This document shows, piece by piece, positions 46,012-54,233 of a stretch of 64,000 nucleotides of DNA. This DNA is from Chloroflexota bacterium. GTDB taxonomy: Bacteria; Chloroflexota; Anaerolineae; Anaerolineales; Villigracilaceae. Numbering within the stretch: position 1 is the stretch's first letter; every line of letters begins with the position of its first letter. The notes beneath the pieces are model-generated. The model was not told the DNA's origin. It worked only from the letters and a program-made list of their open reading frames with translations, and searched no databases. The stretch covers positions 41,597-105,596 of the forward strand of contig JACRBL010000037.1 of the NCBI GenBank assembly GCA_016234485.1. The letters are read 5' to 3'. The translations under genes and the position numbers were made by a program.

Positions 46012-46711
46012 CAACGCCCGCAAAGTTTTGAGCGCCTATTTCAAGATTTTGAATCGCACCTGCGAAGTGAGCGGCCACACCTCCCTGCCGCGCGGCGCGA
46101 AGATCATCGCCATGAATCACACCGACGGCTACGACCCTCTTTATCTCCCGTTGGCGATCGAAGACAAGCCACACTTCCTCCTGCAAGATGGTCTCTTCAA
46201 AATTCCCGTGATCGGAAAACTGTTCAAAGACTCGGGACAGATCATCGTCTACCGCGGAACCGAGCGGGCGCGTGAGGCCTACGAACAGGCCTGTCGATAT
46301 CTGCGCGAAGGTAAGACGGTCGCGCTCTTCCCCGAAGGGAAGCAGGCGCCCGCGGGCGTGCGTATCCCCGCCAAGACGGGCGCGATCCGCATGGCGCTGG
46401 AGACGGGCGCGCCAATCGTCCCGCTGGGACTGTACACGCCGCCGCAGAATCTGACGCGGCTCTCCATCCGCATTCAGGGCGAGTCGCGTTGCGGCTTGTG
46501 GCAGTTTCGGGGCAAGAGTTACTTGCGTTTCGGCGAAGCTTGGAAGGTGAGTCAAAGCGCCGCGCTGGACGACCCCGCTCACACGAAAGCATTGACCGAA
46601 GAATTGATGAATCGAATCTACCGCCTCGTGGCGGATGTCGAAAAGGAGATCCCATGCGAATCGCATTTCTCACCCCAGTTTATCCGCCCATGGTTAGCGG
46701 AGCGTCTTTAG
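45995..46711 (+). CDS. lysophospholipid (1-acyl-sn-glycerol-3-phosphate-type) acyltransferase
   Basis: 238 aa. HX4D motif NHTDGYD, FPEGK and PIVPLG blocks of the PlsC family. AAAGGAG RBS. Confidence 0.8.
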   Translation: MSASDNNARKVLSAYFKILNRTCEVSGHTSLPRGAKIIAMNHTDGYDPLYLPLAIEDKPHFLLQDGLFKIPVIGKLFKDSGQIIVYRGTERAREAYEQACRYLREGKTVALFPEGKQAPAGVRIPAKTGAIRMALETGAPIVPLGLYTPPQNLTRLSIRIQGESRCGLWQFRGKSYLRFGEAWKVSQSAALDDPAHTKALTEELMNRIYRLVADVEKEIPCESHFSPQFIRPWLAERL

Positions 46712-47871
46712 TCATCGGCCATCTTTCCAAAGAGATGGCGGCGCGCGGGCATGAAGTTTTGGTGATCACTGCCAGCGACCGCGCCGAGCCATACGCCACG
46801 CGTGACGGAAATTTATCCACGGCTCGATTGGCTTCGTTTCGCAACCCGCTGCGTGTTGGACAACGCTTGGCGCGCTGGCCTCGCCGCGCAACCCTGCGCG
46901 CCCTCGCAGAATTCTCGCCCGACCTGTTGCACGTTTCGGACCCCGCCCAGTTTGCCCTGCCCGCGCTGGCGTATGCCCGCCGTCGAAACATTCCCGCGGT
47001 GTATTCCATCCATCAGTTGCCGTGGTTCATCGCCCCGTACCTTCCCAACATTTCGTGGATGCGCCGCGCGCTCGAATCTCTGCTGTGGATGTACGGCGGC
47101 TGGCTCATCCGCCAGTTCGACGCGGTGACGACTCCCACCAGTTGCATCTCTCGCATCGTGGAAGCCCGCGCCCGCGTCGCTTCCTACCCGATCAGCGGCG
47201 GCGTCGCGCTGGACCTGTTCCGGCCGCGCCCACCCTCGAGCCGCGACGACACCTTTCGCGAAAGACTCGGCCTCCCGCCCAGCGCGCCGATCCTGCTCCA
47301 TGTGGGGCGTCTGGATGCCGACAAGCAGGTGGACGTTGTCATCCGCGCCTGCGTTCCCGTGTTGAAGCAAACCGACGCGCATCTGCTCATCGTCGGCGAT
47401 GGACGGAAGCGCGGCCAGTTGACAGAATTCTGCGCGCAACATGGCATCGAAGCAAAATGTCATTTCACGGGCTTCGTCTCCGCGGCGGACGGCCTCGCGG
47501 ACTTGTACCGACTGGCGACGGTTTTCGTGATGGCATCGCAGATCGAAACGCAGGGCATCGTCCTGCTGGAGGCCGCCGCCAGCGGACTCCCGATCGTGGC
47601 GCTGGACGCGGTCTGCATCCCCGAAATTGTTTTGCACAACGTAAACGGATTCCTTGTACCGCCCGATAACCTGGCGCAAATGTCCACGCGGCTGATGCAA
47701 CTGATCCACGACCCCGCCACCGCGCGCGAAATGGGACGCGCGGGCCGCATCATCGCACAGAAACACTCTATCCAAAAATCCATGAACGCATACGAGAACC
47801 TTTTCATCAAGAGTCTCGCGTGCGGGGAACGATGGGAACAAAAGGAGGGCGTGGTCAACTCAGCGCGCTGA
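46654..47871 (+). CDS. glycosyltransferase family 4
   Basis: Trimmed to the ATG at 46654, after AAAGGAG: MRIAFLTPVYPPMVSGAS.... E-x7-E region is ASQIETQGIVLLEAAASGLPIVA. Confidence 0.85.
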   Translation: MRIAFLTPVYPPMVSGASLVIGHLSKEMAARGHEVLVITASDRAEPYATRDGNLSTARLASFRNPLRVGQRLARWPRRATLRALAEFSPDLLHVSDPAQFALPALAYARRRNIPAVYSIHQLPWFIAPYLPNISWMRRALESLLWMYGGWLIRQFDAVTTPTSCISRIVEARARVASYPISGGVALDLFRPRPPSSRDDTFRERLGLPPSAPILLHVGRLDADKQVDVVIRACVPVLKQTDAHLLIVGDGRKRGQLTEFCAQHGIEAKCHFTGFVSAADGLADLYRLATVFVMASQIETQGIVLLEAAASGLPIVALDAVCIPEIVLHNVNGFLVPPDNLAQMSTRLMQLIHDPATAREMGRAGRIIAQKHSIQKSMNAYENLFIKSLACGERWEQKEGVVNSAR

Positions 47872-47891
47872 GAACCGATTACAATATCGGC

Positions 47892-48638
47892 GTGAACACA
47901 ATCTTCATTGACGAACACATCCTCGTCCTCGACAAACCCGCTGGCTTACCCGTCCTCCCCGATGGCTGGGACAAAAACGCGCCCTACCTCGTGAAAATGC
48001 TCGAAGCCGAATACGGGCGCATTTGGATCGTGCATCGGCTGGACAAATCCACCAGCGGCGTTATCGTCTTTGCGCGCAATGCGGAAGCGCATCGCTCGCT
48101 CAATATTCAATTTGAAAAACATGAAGTGAAAAAGGTTTACCACGCGCTCGTGGAGGGAAGCCCCAAATGGAACGAGCATACCGCCCGTCACCCCCTGCGC
48201 GCCAACGTGGGACACAAACATCGCACCGTGGTGGATAATCGAACCGGGAAACCATCCGCAACAAACTTCCGCGTGATGAAGCGCTTCGACGGATTTTCCC
48301 TGCTCGAAGCCATCCCCGAAACGGGGCGGACGCATCAAGTCCGCGTCCACGCCGCGGAGTTGGGGCATCCATTGTTGGGAGATGCGTTGTATGGGACGCA
48401 TCCCCCAGAGTCGGATCTCAATAAAACGGTTTCGGTCGAGTTACCAGACGGAGGGATCAACATCCGCGATCTTTCCCTCGATAAAATCTTCTCGTCGCTC
48501 GACCCTCGTCCCCAACGCATTTCCCGCCCCGCGCTCCACGCGCGCGCGTTGACGTTCGCGCATCCCGTCAGCGGCGAAACGCTCACGTTCCGCGCCGAGT
48601 ATCCCGAAGACTTCGCGTCGGCCCTCGCGCAAACATAA
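47892..48638 (+). CDS. RluA family pseudouridine synthase (no S4 domain)
   Basis: EHILVLDKPAGLPVLP and the catalytic HRLDKSTSGVIVFA are present. Start set at the GTG at 47892, 6 nt after TACAAT. The track ORF allows upstream in-frame starts at 47820/47832 that overlap the GT4 gene. Confidence 0.8.
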   Translation: MNTIFIDEHILVLDKPAGLPVLPDGWDKNAPYLVKMLEAEYGRIWIVHRLDKSTSGVIVFARNAEAHRSLNIQFEKHEVKKVYHALVEGSPKWNEHTARHPLRANVGHKHRTVVDNRTGKPSATNFRVMKRFDGFSLLEAIPETGRTHQVRVHAAELGHPLLGDALYGTHPPESDLNKTVSVELPDGGINIRDLSLDKIFSSLDPRPQRISRPALHARALTFAHPVSGETLTFRAEYPEDFASALAQT

Positions 48639-49274
48639 TCACCCTCGCACAAACGGATTGAATTTTTTCTCATCCCCCACCGTAGTCTCAGGGCCGTGAC
48701 CGGAAAGCAGGCGCGTTTCATCGGGCAGGGTGTAAATTTGCTCGCGGACGCTTTGTTCGAGCGTGTCCCAATTTCCCCCAGGCAAATCCGTTCGGCCAAC
48801 CGAGCCAGCAAAGATCAAGTCGCCGCAGAAGCAGACCTTCGCTTCGGCGCAATACAACACGCAATGACCCAATGTGTGTCCAGGCGTGAAGCGGACTTCC
48901 AATTGCGCGCTTCCCAGTTTCAGGATCTGTCCGTGCGTGAAGTCAATGGTCGGTTCGGGGCCGGGGTCAATTTTGAAGCCGAAGAGCGCGCCGCCTCCGC
49001 CCGCCCGCCAGAGGACGTGATCGTTGGGATGGAGCGCCACGAGAGGAAGCGGATTCAACGCGTCCGCGATCTCCGCCGCGCCGCCGATGTGATCGAAGTG
49101 CGCGTGCGTGTACCATAGGTGGGCGATCCGCCAGCCGCGCGTCTGCGCTTCGGACAGGATCCGCTTCCCGTCCCAGGAAGGATCGATGACAGCCGCGTCC
49201 CGCGTATCGGGGTCGGCGATCAAGTAGGCATTCGTCTGGGCGGGTCCGAGGGTGAAGGGGATGATTTGTAGCAT
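48639..49274 (-). CDS. MBL-fold metallo-hydrolase (hydroxyacylglutathione hydrolase-like)
   Basis: 211 aa. THAHFDHIGG metal-binding motif, TPGHTLGH, GDLIFAGSVGRTD. Confidence 0.85.
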   Translation of the reverse strand: MLQIIPFTLGPAQTNAYLIADPDTRDAAVIDPSWDGKRILSEAQTRGWRIAHLWYTHAHFDHIGGAAEIADALNPLPLVALHPNDHVLWRAGGGGALFGFKIDPGPEPTIDFTHGQILKLGSAQLEVRFTPGHTLGHCVLYCAEAKVCFCGDLIFAGSVGRTDLPGGNWDTLEQSVREQIYTLPDETRLLSGHGPETTVGDEKKFNPFVRG

Positions 49275-49283
49275 GGGGAGTTC

Positions 49284-49314
49284 CAGAGAGTAGAGATTAG
49301 AGAACAGAGAGTAG
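49284..49314 (-). repeat. heptanucleotide tandem repeat (TCTCTNN)x4, read on the minus strand
   Basis: Minus strand: CTAC TCTCTGT TCTCTAA TCTCTAC TCTCTGG. It ends 9 nt upstream of the ATG at 49274. Confidence 0.75.
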
Positions 49315-50454
49315 TTAGGTAGTGGGATGACGCGGGGCGAAGAGGATGCTGACGATGACGGAGAGTCCGATCAAGCCTATCGCGAGGGGATAGACAACGT
49401 AGGGATCGCGCTCGAAGAGAAAGCCCGCCAGCGGAGGCGTGAGGATGAAGATGATCGAGCTGACCGTCTCCATCACGCCGTAGGTGACGCCCATCTGCGA
49501 GCCATGGACAAGTTCGCGCGCCTGCGCCAACGCCAGCGGACGCGCGGCGCGGAATCCGCCCAGCAAAAAATATCCCAGCGCGAAGAGCGGCAGACCCGCA
49601 CCCCGCCACATGAGCAGGGCGAACAATCCAACCAGCGCCTGTGAAATGGGATAGCTAACGCGCGGCGGAAGTTGTCCCATCAAAACGCTGATGACCACAT
49701 TGCCAAACGCGCCCGCAGTGAACACCCAGCCAATTTCGCTGAGCGACAAATTTTTCACGCCTTCCAGAAAATTGGGGGTGAGCGGTTGCGCGAGATACAT
49801 GGCAAAGACCGCCAGTCCTGCCACCCCTAAAAAATTCAGTAAGCGTGTGTTCGAGAGCAGGCGCGCGGGCGGCGCGTCGGGGTCGTGATGGTCAACGGGT
49901 TGATTCGCGATGAACGCAATGGCGATGTTCGATACGGCGAAGATTCCCGCGGTCACCGCGTACACTGTCCGCAGGCCGTAATGGTCGCCGATCCAGCCGC
50001 CGAGGGCGGGGCCGAAGGTCATGCCAAAACTGAAAGTGGCGGTCGTCAACGTGAGGGCGCGGCCCACCGTCCACGAGCCGCGCGCCGCGGTGACGTAACT
50101 CGAAAGCGACGAGGAGACGAAAGCCGTCAGCCCGTAGACGAGCAGTCCCGCCACGAACACGGTCAGGTCGGTCGCGAGCGCCATGATGACGGCCGAGAGC
50201 ATCCCCAAAAACCAGGCCGCGATCAGCATGGGTCGGCGCCCGATGCGGTCGGCCAGGCGCCCCGCGGGGATGTGCGTGATCGCCATCGCCGCGCCGAACG
50301 CGCCCAGGATCACGCCGATCTGTTGCGGGTCGCTTCCCAATTGTTGCATGTAGATGGGCGAAAAATTGAAGAACATGCCCTCGCCAATGCCCCAAGTGAA
50401 AAGCGCGAGTGCGATGAAAATGAGATTGCGATTCAAATTAAATCTCCACCACAA
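49315..50454 (-). CDS. MFS transporter
   Basis: 379 aa with 12 TM-like segments. The loop 2-3 motif is GRLADRIGRRP. The track start is TTG. Confidence 0.8.
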   Translation of the reverse strand: MWWRFNLNRNLIFIALALFTWGIGEGMFFNFSPIYMQQLGSDPQQIGVILGAFGAAMAITHIPAGRLADRIGRRPMLIAAWFLGMLSAVIMALATDLTVFVAGLLVYGLTAFVSSSLSSYVTAARGSWTVGRALTLTTATFSFGMTFGPALGGWIGDHYGLRTVYAVTAGIFAVSNIAIAFIANQPVDHHDPDAPPARLLSNTRLLNFLGVAGLAVFAMYLAQPLTPNFLEGVKNLSLSEIGWVFTAGAFGNVVISVLMGQLPPRVSYPISQALVGLFALLMWRGAGLPLFALGYFLLGGFRAARPLALAQARELVHGSQMGVTYGVMETVSSIIFILTPPLAGFLFERDPYVVYPLAIGLIGLSVIVSILFAPRHPTT

Positions 50455-50498
50455 AGTTCACAAAGGAAATTCTTCGCGAGCCTTCGCGGGTTTTGCGG

Positions 50499-51302
50499 TT
50501 AGTTGGATTTGCTTTCGACTTTTTGGATGAACGCGGCCGCGGCCTCGAAGACCTGCTGACGCGCCGCGTCGCGCGTGACGACGTGGCCGCTTCCCGTCAC
50601 CCAGAGCATTTCCCTCAGGGACGGGTTGAGGCGCTCGTAGATGTTTGGCATACTATCGGGTGGCACGTACGGATCGTCCTTCGAGTGGATCAGCAACACG
50701 GGGACTTGAATCTTCGGCAAGACGAGACGCATCCGCCCGAACATGGTCTGCAACTCCGCGGCGGAACGGATGGGATTGAGCGGATACGAGACGTGCCCCT
50801 GGAACGCGTCTTTGTCGAACCAGCCCTCGCCTGGCGCGCCCTTCGATTTTTTGCGATAGGTTTGGAAGAAACTGAACAGACGGATTCCCCAGGCGGGATA
50901 ATTGGCGGGCAACGTAAACGGCGTGGACATGGCGACGACGCCTTTCACGTTTACTCGCGTGGACATGAGCAGACTCAACACGCCACCCATCGAAAGCCCG
51001 ACGAGGAAGATGTTATCCGTGACGCCGCGTTTCGACAAGCTCAACGCACCGCGCAAGATGTTGTAGCCATCTTCGACGGAGGCCGTCCAATCCGTCCACT
51101 GCGAGCGGATCATGTCTTTAGGACGCGTGGCGTGCCCCGCGAGGCGGACGCCGAGGCAGGTGTGTCCCTGCGCGTGGAGGTAGTCGCCCATCCAACGCAT
51201 TTCTTTGGGCGTGCCAGTGAATCCGTGGACGAGGAGGCAGGCGGGCTTGGACGCGTCGCCTGGGAGGAAGAACGGTTCGGCGGTGGGGATGGTTTGTGGC
51301 AT
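50499..51302 (-). CDS. alpha/beta hydrolase (carboxylesterase / monoacylglycerol lipase-like)
   Basis: Trimmed to the ATG at 51302 (MPQTIPTAEPFFLPGD...). Oxyanion region LLVHGFTGTP and nucleophile elbow GLSMGG. The upstream part of the track ORF runs through a heptamer-repeat intergenic region. Confidence 0.8.
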   Translation of the reverse strand: MPQTIPTAEPFFLPGDASKPACLLVHGFTGTPKEMRWMGDYLHAQGHTCLGVRLAGHATRPKDMIRSQWTDWTASVEDGYNILRGALSLSKRGVTDNIFLVGLSMGGVLSLLMSTRVNVKGVVAMSTPFTLPANYPAWGIRLFSFFQTYRKKSKGAPGEGWFDKDAFQGHVSYPLNPIRSAAELQTMFGRMRLVLPKIQVPVLLIHSKDDPYVPPDSMPNIYERLNPSLREMLWVTGSGHVVTRDAARQQVFEAAAAFIQKVESKSN

Positions 51303-51346
51303 AGGGGGGGTGGGGAGAGGAGGAGGTGGGGTTATTGTACCGCGAG

Positions 51347-51395
51347 GGTGTTGCGTGGTGCGTGTTCCGTACTGCGTATTGCGTGTTGTGTAGTA
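51347..51395. repeat. degenerate heptanucleotide tandem repeat (CGTNNTG-like, ~7 units)
   Basis: GGTGTTG CGTGGTG CGTGTTC CGTACTG CGTATTG CGTGTTG TGTAGTA. Confidence 0.7.
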
Positions 51396-51443
51396 GTGGA
51401 GAAGGATATCGCGGAAAGGTTGCGTCACTTTGATCTTTGTCAT

Positions 51444-52124
51444 TCAATGTATCAAACAGATTTCAATTGGATTGGATGTAATCATTCCCTTCCATAAGTT
51501 TGGAAATCTGGCTGCAGAATATTCGCTCAAATAGCTATAAAAAACAAATTTGACAATATACGTTCCTGAGATGTGATCGGGAAATGGGATGTTAATGGTT
51601 GTTTCATAATATTCTCCTCCCGCGATTTTCACAGAAGAGTTGTAAGGTTCTGTGGGAATATCGTCCCAGTAAAATATCGATGCACGAATATGTGAACCAT
51701 CTTGTTCGTACCATAATGGATTGATATCGCTCTGTATTGTCCCACTTATTGTCACTTCAAAACGAGTAGGGATTTCCAATGGTTTAGTCGTGGTATTCAA
51801 GAAAACAAAATCAACATCTGTATTCCAAGTTGAGTATCTTTTGAATTCATGACACTTCGGGTCATTTTCCTTTACAAATAGAATCAGCTCGCCATCTGTT
51901 GTTTGTTTTGTGGTGTTTTTGAGAATTTCAAAAAAATCAGGAAACGAAATCGGGGTTGGATTCGGGGGAGGATTCAAATATGGAGGCAAAGGCACAGGTG
52001 TAGACGATATTATTTCGAACCATCTCGGGGTACTAGTGACGATAATTGTTGTAGGTTGTGTTGATGAACAACTGACCAACGCAAGAGTCATCAAAACCAA
52101 CAAAATGGATTTTTGTATTTTCAT
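51444..52124 (-). CDS. hypothetical lipoprotein (low-GC insert)
   Basis: Trimmed to MKIQKSILLVLMTLALVSCSS (lipobox LVSC). The DNA is markedly AT-rich relative to its neighbours. Confidence 0.6.
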   Translation of the reverse strand: MKIQKSILLVLMTLALVSCSSTQPTTIIVTSTPRWFEIISSTPVPLPPYLNPPPNPTPISFPDFFEILKNTTKQTTDGELILFVKENDPKCHEFKRYSTWNTDVDFVFLNTTTKPLEIPTRFEVTISGTIQSDINPLWYEQDGSHIRASIFYWDDIPTEPYNSSVKIAGGEYYETTINIPFPDHISGTYIVKFVFYSYLSEYSAARFPNLWKGMITSNPIEICLIH

Positions 52125-52161
52125 CACTCCTCCTGCATCAAAGACAAAACTACAACGGAAA

Positions 52162-52232
52162 CTCCAGCGCCGACGCCAATCCATCCACCGTCATCGGGAC
52201 AGGCCAAAGGACGCGGTGGATTTTTTCGATGC
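52162..52232. repeat. 71-bp direct repeat copy 1 (duplicated 3' end of gene 52664-53383)
   Basis: CTCCAGCGCCGACGCCAATCCATCCACCGTCATCGGGACAGGCCAAAGGACGCGGTGGATTTTTTCGATGC. About 6 mismatches against 52676-52746. Confidence 0.85.
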
Positions 52233-52270
52233 ACAAAGAAGATTCTGTACGGATTCAAAATGTCCTGCGC

Positions 52271-52648
52271 CTAACTCCACCAGAGAAATTCTTTCAATGC
52301 CTCAGAGCCAAATTTGTTCGCAATAACTGCAACCAATGAAATACCGACAAAAGCCATCAGAATAAATATCCCCAAGTGCATTTCTTCCATGATTGGATAC
52401 AGACAAAATACTAATAAGACGATTGTACCAACCACAAAAATCAGTTTATCGCCAAGAGTAAGAAAATCCCAAGCGCTCTCCTCTCCTTTCCATTTCTTTT
52501 TTACTTCTTTGACGAAGTTGAGAGCCAACACTAAAAGCAGAACGGTTCCCCACCTTCCATTTTGTACCTGAGAAAAATCCATCCGAAAGGTTATTGCGGA
52601 AAGGAATACTATCAACCCAATCAATACGATGAATTTTACTGCTTTCAT
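52271..52648 (-). CDS. hypothetical small membrane protein (4 TM, low-GC insert)
   Basis: 125 aa with four hydrophobic segments. AT-rich. Lies between the two 71-bp repeat copies. Confidence 0.55.
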   Translation of the reverse strand: MKAVKFIVLIGLIVFLSAITFRMDFSQVQNGRWGTVLLLVLALNFVKEVKKKWKGEESAWDFLTLGDKLIFVVGTIVLLVFCLYPIMEEMHLGIFILMAFVGISLVAVIANKFGSEALKEFLWWS

Positions 52649-52663
52649 ACATCCTCCATGAAT

Positions 52664-53383
52664 TTATATCGTAATCTCCAGCGCCGAAGCCATCCCATCC
52701 ACCGCCATCGGGACAGGCCAGAGGGCGCGGTGGATTTTTTCGATGCGCTCGGTGGCTTTGTGGATGAACGCGTCCATTTCGGATTTGGGGAGGTAGATCA
52801 TCGGGCGGGCGCACATGGCGTCTATTTTTTCGTCGCGGCGTTGGTAGAAGGATTTGATGTAGCCGAGTTGATGGCGCAGGGCTTGGTTGGGAAGGAAATC
52901 CAGATCGGCGGAGGCTGGCTCCGCGGGCAGAAAAATTTTCCAGAAGATGCCATCGGGATTCTCGCGGGCGTGGATCTGGTCGAGGCCGTACCAATCCTGT
53001 TTCACTTCCCAGATGAAATTCTTGTCCGCGGCGAACTGTTCGGGGAAACGCTCCTGCGTGGGCTTGCCGATGCGGATCGTCCACAGGTTGTCTGTGATGA
53101 GGTGGAAGAAGTAGCCGAGGCGGAAGGAGAAGCGTCCCGCGTCGTGGGGAGAAACGTCCACGAGGTAGCGGCGATAGAAATCGAGGTCCGCGCAATCTTT
53201 GTGGACGCCTTCGTTGCGTTTGAAATGCGTGATGTGCGGAGGCGGGTCGAACTTCTCCCACTTTTCGTCGGGGACGCCTGAATCGGGCGCAACGTTGCCG
53301 ATGGCAAATTGCCCCGCGTCGAGGTCGGGGATGCGGGCGAGCAGGTTTTCCGCGATGCGGAGGTGGGCGATCCAGGTGGCCAT
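52664..53383 (-). CDS. hypothetical protein (possible zinc-dependent phospholipase C-like fold)
   Basis: Trimmed to the ATG at 53383 (MATWIAHLRIAENLL...GNVAPDSG...HITHF). TAATG one-nt overlap with the tag stop. The family assignment is weak. Confidence 0.45.
   Translation of the reverse strand: MATWIAHLRIAENLLARIPDLDAGQFAIGNVAPDSGVPDEKWEKFDPPPHITHFKRNEGVHKDCADLDFYRRYLVDVSPHDAGRFSFRLGYFFHLITDNLWTIRIGKPTQERFPEQFAADKNFIWEVKQDWYGLDQIHARENPDGIFWKIFLPAEPASADLDFLPNQALRHQLGYIKSFYQRRDEKIDAMCARPMIYLPKSEMDAFIHKATERIEKIHRALWPVPMAVDGMASALEITI
52676..52746. repeat. 71-bp direct repeat copy 2 (authentic 3' end of gene 52664-53383)
   Basis: CTCCAGCGCCGAAGCCATCCCATCCACCGCCATCGGGACAGGCCAGAGGGCGCGGTGGATTTTTTCGATGC. 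Confidence 0.85.
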
Positions 53384-53931
53384 TATTTGATTATAGCCCA
53401 GGGCGGATTTTGCTTCTTGATAATTTTGTAGATGGGGCAGGTCTCTTCGTGCGCGCCTTTGAGATAACCCGTGGACATGAGGAACTCGTTCACGATCTCG
53501 CCGCCCGTGAAGACGAAGGTCTGCTTGAAGAGTTTCACCCACTCGTCTTTGGGACGCGGGTGATGAGTGTCCAACCACGCTTTGAACGAACCGAATTCCT
53601 TTTGCAGTTCGAGAATCTTGCGCGCGTTGACGATCGCCGCGTTGACCTTGAGGCGGTTGCGGATGATGCCCGCGTCGGAGAGCAGGCGGGCGCGGTCGGC
53701 TTCATCGTAGGCCGCGACCCGCGCGAGGTCAAATTGATCGTAGGCGCGGCGGAAGTCCTCCGCTTTTTTGAGGATGGTGATCCACGAGAGTCCCGCCTGG
53801 TTGATTTCCAGGACGAGTCGCTCGAAGAGCAGGTTGTCGTCTGTAAGGGGGAATCCGTATTGGGTGTCGTGGTAGGTTGTGTTGAAGAGGTCTTCGGGAT
53901 GAGAAATGCAATAGTCACAATAGGTTGTCAT
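53383..53931 (-). CDS. tag: DNA-3-methyladenine glycosylase I
   Basis: 182 aa. YHDTQYGFP, FERLVLEINQAGLSWITILKK, AGIIRNRLKVNAAIVNA, and the C-terminal Cys/His zinc site context. Confidence 0.9.
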   Translation of the reverse strand: MTTYCDYCISHPEDLFNTTYHDTQYGFPLTDDNLLFERLVLEINQAGLSWITILKKAEDFRRAYDQFDLARVAAYDEADRARLLSDAGIIRNRLKVNAAIVNARKILELQKEFGSFKAWLDTHHPRPKDEWVKLFKQTFVFTGGEIVNEFLMSTGYLKGAHEETCPIYKIIKKQNPPWAIIK

Positions 53932-54233
53932 GTGGATATTTTACTATCCCCATCAGAATAATGTGGTTGCAGGGTTCAGGCTCTCTGGGATATCCGTGAA
54001 CCGAATCTCGGCGATTCCAGAGAGCCGACTATGATTTGCCTGGATGAAAATGGGATATACTGTTAAGTAGTGAGATGGGAAATTGTAAATTTTCTATGCC
54101 GCCCAATCAGGCCCGCATCGCTGACCTTTGGATCAATAGACGGTTTCAGGAAACATGGTCCCACTCGTGGATGAAGGTCAACTCCACCAAGTGCGGATTG
54201 TGATGCGATGAATTCGCGTATATTCGCCGTACC

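Noticed and set aside
48636-48641. The convergent RluA and MBL-hydrolase genes end back-to-back with no intergenic space.
   Set aside because: This is unusual-looking but trivial: the stop codons simply abut, and no evidence points to a special function.
53962-54233. A 270-bp intergenic region with nested inverted repeats (GGCTCTCTGG...CCAGAGAGCC) as a possible ncRNA or tRNA.
   Set aside because: There is no cloverleaf and no known motif I could recognise. It could simply be the promoter or leader of the histidine kinase operon.
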